10,710 bases of DNA, from assembly GCA_964014485.1 (NCBI GenBank), contig CAXHAT010000239.1, positions 1 to 10,710 of the forward strand, written 5' to 3'. The DNA is from an uncultured Deferribacteres bacterium (GTDB lineage Bacteria > Zhuqueibacterota > Zhuqueibacteria > Zhuqueibacterales > Geothermadaptataceae). This document shows positions 7,945-10,710 of this stretch, piece after piece. Within the stretch, counting starts at the first letter, position 1, and each line of letters starts with the position of its first letter. Position numbers and translations under genes: made by a program. The notes below the pieces were generated by a model. That model was not told the origin of the DNA. It was given only the letters and a program-made list of their open reading frames with translations, and did no database searches.

Positions 7945-8649
7945 TTATCTCGATCTATAAAATCGAACTCGTTTTTCGTTTGTCTCGAGGTTCAGCTTTT
8001 TGAGGGTCTTATAGATCGTCCAAATACCAGTCTTTTTACCGCCAAACATCTCATTACGCAGTTCTTTTTTTATTTTAAAAGCGCCTTGCATCGGGTCTTT
8101 CATGACGATAATCTTAATTTGTTCAGACAGGGGCAATTGTCCAGGATCCACCTTGGGCTTGGTGTACGTAGACCGTCCCGATTTTTTCTCAGGATTTGGT
8201 TTCCTGACTGGAGCGGCAATCGTTTCAACTTGGGCGGCTCCATTCTCTACCGGCAATTTTCTGGTCACGCTTTTTGTAATATCCAATCCGATGGCAAGGT
8301 CAAAATCGTCTATTGCTTCTTCAACGTTGTCATAAGCCGACAGTATTCTGTTGAACTCGAGCATTTCAAAGATTTCATTCACTTCAGGCAGCATCTGCAC
8401 AATTTTTAAATCGCCGCCGTTCTCTCGAATGCCCTTAATTTCTCCAACAAAAACGCCCCACCCTGCCGAACTCACATAGTTCACTTGCCCCATATCAACG
8501 ATGATGTGGCAGCTTCCGTCATTTAAAATCTCAGTAATTTTATTGAGCATAACGCCGCAAGTTTGCGTGTCAATATACCCCTTGACACGAAAAAGAGCGA
8601 TGTCGCGTCTGGCGCCCACCCGCCCAATTGAGATGTCAATTCCTTCCAT
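7945..8649 (-). CDS. STAS-domain (anti-sigma factor antagonist-like) protein with C-terminal HTH-like extension
   Basis: Residues ~1-115: VKGYIDTQT...IIVDMGQVNYVSSAGWGVFVGEIKGIRENGGDLKIVQMLPEVNEIFEMLEF, the SpoIIAA/RsbV pattern with Ser at the phosphoacceptor position. Then a Pro/Lys-rich linker and a basic helical C-terminal domain of about 60 aa. An in-frame TGA two codons upstream fixes the start at 8649. Confidence 0.88.
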   Translation of the reverse strand: MEGIDISIGRVGARRDIALFRVKGYIDTQTCGVMLNKITEILNDGSCHIIVDMGQVNYVSSAGWGVFVGEIKGIRENGGDLKIVQMLPEVNEIFEMLEFNRILSAYDNVEEAIDDFDLAIGLDITKSVTRKLPVENGAAQVETIAAPVRKPNPEKKSGRSTYTKPKVDPGQLPLSEQIKIIVMKDPMQGAFKIKKELRNEMFGGKKTGIWTIYKTLKKLNLETNEKRVRFYRSR

Positions 8650-8762
8650 AATTCAAGGATAGAGAAAAGTGTTTATGATTTTAAAACGGCAAGCAGGATT
8701 GCGACTGCCCAAGCAACAATCTTAACGTCCGAGTTTTCCTCAAAATGAACCAAGATACATTT

Positions 8763-8778
8763 AACAAAATATATGCCA
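8763..8778 (-). promoter_or_regulatory. Putative sigma54 (-24/-12) promoter for the STAS-wza-wzc operon
   Basis: Minus strand TGGCATATATTTTGTT versus consensus TGGCAC-N5-TTGC(A/T). Spacing GG-N10-G is correct, but -12 is GT instead of GC. Confidence 0.55.
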
Positions 8779-8863
8779 TGCACGAGGATGTTTAGAAGAT
8801 GATTTGCCGCGCCTAAGGCCTTGTCAATCCATGGCGCAGCTTCATCGTATTCGGAGTGATAAA

Positions 8864-8901
8864 AATGTTTGATTTAGAAACATTGTTGCGGAATGAAACA
8901 A
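8864..8901. promoter_or_regulatory. Two tandem TGT-N11-ACA palindromes (candidate enhancer-binding protein sites)
   Basis: AATGTTT-N7-AAACATT (8864-8884) and TTGTT-N9-AACAA (8883-8901). Both fit TGTT-N9-AACA, centres are 18 bp apart, and they lie ~100-115 bp upstream of the -24 GG. Confidence 0.6.
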
Positions 8902-8915
8902 ACCAGGCGCGCAAG

Positions 8916-10397
8916 CTACTCGTCGTCGTCGTCGCTTGGGCCGATTAACAAGCTTAAGGAATTTACGTATTTGGGGGCGACTGAATGCCATTGTGAACCT
9001 ATGCCCATTACGTTGCTTGTAACAGCCTTCCATCGGTCAGAATCTTCATAAGCGTCCAGGGCTTTGTCTAACGCTTTTGCAAGATCGTTTTTGTCTTCTT
9101 TCAAAAACAAGAAGCCTGCTCCAGCATCTGGATTCTTATGAAAATCCTGAACAATGTCATTAAATCCAGCATTCGCTTTGACGATTGGCACCGTTCCATA
9201 GCGCAATGAATAGAATTGGGCGGCTTTCACAGAGCCGTCGTAACAAGGGATGAATAGGAAATCCGCTCCAGCGGTCATTTGGTGCTCAAACTCAGGAGTG
9301 ACTTTCGTTTGAATAAACATTTGCTCTGAAAACTCTTCCGCTAACGCCTTCAACTGGTCCAAGCCGTCTGTCGATTCTACAGCTACAATGACCTGAGAAC
9401 CGCGATCCAGCGCTTCGTGCAGGAAACCGCCCAGAATCGTAAAGCTCTTTTCATTCGACGGGACAGAGTCAAGTACGATTAACGGCGAGCCTTCCTTGTA
9501 TTCAATGCTCGTTTGCTCCAACAGGGCTTTTTTGTTCTTTTCTTTATTGGAAAAGGATTCCAAATCGTACTGCGCCGAAATCAGATCATCCGAAGCCGGG
9601 TTCCAACTCGTTTGGTCTTCGGCTTCCACCAGAAACTCCGCCTTAGCGTTGTGTTCTTCAAAAATCTTTTGGCCGCCGTCAGAAGAACTGTTCTGCTCTA
9701 ACGCTGCTTGAAACGTGTCGTCTTTCGTAATGACTTTATCACTGAAAATAACGCCGGCATTAAGCAGACGCACTTCGCCGCCGTCTGACGCTTGCTCTGG
9801 CACGTCCCCTTCCGACAGTCCAGTGTCCTGAATTGAAAAACCTTTGTTTATAGAGTCATAATCGAAAACTGAAAACGCGATTTTAATATCCTGAAAGAAA
9901 GGATCGTCTTTGAAAAGCGTTTTCAAGTAGATTGGAATCATGGCCGCCTGCCAATCACTGCAATGAATGATATCAGGCTGCCAATGAAGCATTCTGAGCG
10001 TCTCAAGGCAACCGAGGCAAAAAACGGCGAACCGCTTCGCGTTGTCTTTGAAGGGTTTATCGTTCTTGGGGTCGGCGTAGAGTCCGTTTCTTCCATAATA
10101 TTCTTTCTGATCCAGAAAATATATTTGAACCTTCGAGTTTGGCAGAAACGCACTCTTTGCGTTAAACAAGATTTCTTCATCACCCAGCTTTATGCTGAGA
10201 TCTTTTAGGCGAATGACATCACGTAAAATGTATCGTCTAGGATTTATGGCTTTGTAATTCGGCGTCATCACACGGATCTCATGTCCGTTTTCTTTCAAAG
10301 CCTTTGGGAGAGAACTAGAAATGGCCGCGATGTCGCTAGAGCCGGCAAAAGGAGCGACTTCAGGCGTTATGTAGAATATTTTGAGTTTTCGATCCAT
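8916..10397 (-). CDS. Glycogen/starch synthase (GT5, GlgA)-like protein, probably catalytically inactive
   Basis: 493 aa, collinear with GlgA over both Rossmann domains: EVAPFA, LPKAL..GHEIRVMTPNY, DNAKRFAVFC, WQPDIIHCSDWQ, WNPASDDLI, AGADFLFIP, YSLRYGTVPIV, GAGFLF. The KTGG, HN, SRL and EPCGL motifs are replaced. The ORF is intact, with SD AAGGAAG. Confidence 0.88.
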   Translation of the reverse strand: MDRKLKIFYITPEVAPFAGSSDIAAISSSLPKALKENGHEIRVMTPNYKAINPRRYILRDVIRLKDLSIKLGDEEILFNAKSAFLPNSKVQIYFLDQKEYYGRNGLYADPKNDKPFKDNAKRFAVFCLGCLETLRMLHWQPDIIHCSDWQAAMIPIYLKTLFKDDPFFQDIKIAFSVFDYDSINKGFSIQDTGLSEGDVPEQASDGGEVRLLNAGVIFSDKVITKDDTFQAALEQNSSSDGGQKIFEEHNAKAEFLVEAEDQTSWNPASDDLISAQYDLESFSNKEKNKKALLEQTSIEYKEGSPLIVLDSVPSNEKSFTILGGFLHEALDRGSQVIVAVESTDGLDQLKALAEEFSEQMFIQTKVTPEFEHQMTAGADFLFIPCYDGSVKAAQFYSLRYGTVPIVKANAGFNDIVQDFHKNPDAGAGFLFLKEDKNDLAKALDKALDAYEDSDRWKAVTSNVMGIGSQWHSVAPKYVNSLSLLIGPSDDDDE

Positions 10398-10412
10398 TTG
10401 ATACGCTTCCTT

Positions 10413-10665
10413 TTATTCAGACAGTGTAAGCTTTAATCGCTTGGCGGCAATTTCTGGAGGTACGGAATTGACGAATATTCCAGAATTCCATTCAAAACCG
10501 CCTTGTTTTGACGTTACCGGCGCTATCTCCAGCCGCCAGTGGTGCAAGTTCATGAGTTTGCTTTGGATGATTGGAGAGCTGATTGCAAAATTAAATGCGG
10601 GCGTATTTAACAGCTCACGAAATTTCACGACAATTGATTTTAACAAAAGAGAAAAGGCTCTTAGT
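10413..10665 (-). CDS. C-terminal fragment of a GalT-like (galactose-1-phosphate uridylyltransferase / ADP-glucose phosphorylase, HIT superfamily) protein
   Basis: NTPAFNFAISSP...HHWRLEIAPVTSKQGGFEWNSGIFVNSVPPEIAAKRLK matches the GalT-like C-terminal signature (HWHxEIxP...AGFEWGxGxxINPxPPExAA). The 5' part is missing; the ORF's apparent start MCIRDR comes from adapter. Confidence 0.82.
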
Positions 10666-10710
10666 CTGTCTCTTATACACATCTGACGCTGCCGACGAGC
10701 TTCTTGGTGT
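10666..10710 (+). other. Illumina Nextera adapter read-through (sequencing/assembly artefact)
   Basis: CTGTCTCTTATACACATCT (Tn5 mosaic end, 10666-10684), GACGCTGCCGACGA (10685-10698), 8-nt index position GCTTCTTG (10699-10706), then GTGT (start of reverse-complemented P5). Confidence 0.99.

Noticed and set aside
7945..8136. IS remnant explaining the transposase-like HTH
   Set aside because: No DDE domain, terminal inverted repeats or target duplication; the segment is fused in frame within an intact STAS gene.
8799..8827. Perfect TTGACA (minus strand, 8827-8822) as a sigma70 -35 box
   Set aside because: The hexamer 17 nt downstream is AATCAT, a poor -10; not supportable, although a weak promoter cannot be excluded.
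10666..10684. Tn5/IS50 transposon end suggesting a mobile element
   Set aside because: It is the synthetic mosaic end followed by Nextera adapter, index and P5 sequence; no transposase is present.
3532..10686. Remaining short alternative-frame and antisense ORFs (e.g. 4131-4538, 5337-5726, 7927-8409, 8842-9033, 10441-10686)
   Set aside because: They overlap well-supported genes and have no family features.
1..10710. CRISPR arrays, tRNA/rRNA genes, ops/JUMPstart element
   Set aside because: No regularly spaced repeats or RNA gene signatures seen, and no GGCGGTAG in the region upstream of the polysaccharide genes, by visual inspection.

Overview
Bacterial (probably metagenomic) contig segment with all real genes on the minus strand. 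In transcription order (right to left): a 3' fragment of a GalT/ADP-glucose-phosphorylase-like gene; a full-length glycogen synthase (GT5) homologue whose catalytic motifs are all degenerate; a 266-bp intergenic region with a sigma54-like promoter and two tandem TGT-N11-ACA palindromes; a STAS (anti-sigma antagonist) protein fused to a C-terminal HTH-like domain; a polysaccharide export core (Wza/OPX, Wzc BY-kinase, UDP-glucuronate 4-epimerase-like SDR, priming phosphoglycosyl transferase); a ParD/ParE-type toxin-antitoxin pair with its own sigma70 promoter; and a GH29 alpha-L-fucosidase lipoprotein that runs off the left edge and is missing from the ORF track. The last 45 nt (10666-10710) are untrimmed Nextera adapter, not biology. 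Protein signatures suggest an FCB-superphylum organism (inference). The best candidate for an undescribed system is the pseudo-glycogen-synthase plus sigma54/enhancer region plus STAS-HTH protein at the head of the export operon.
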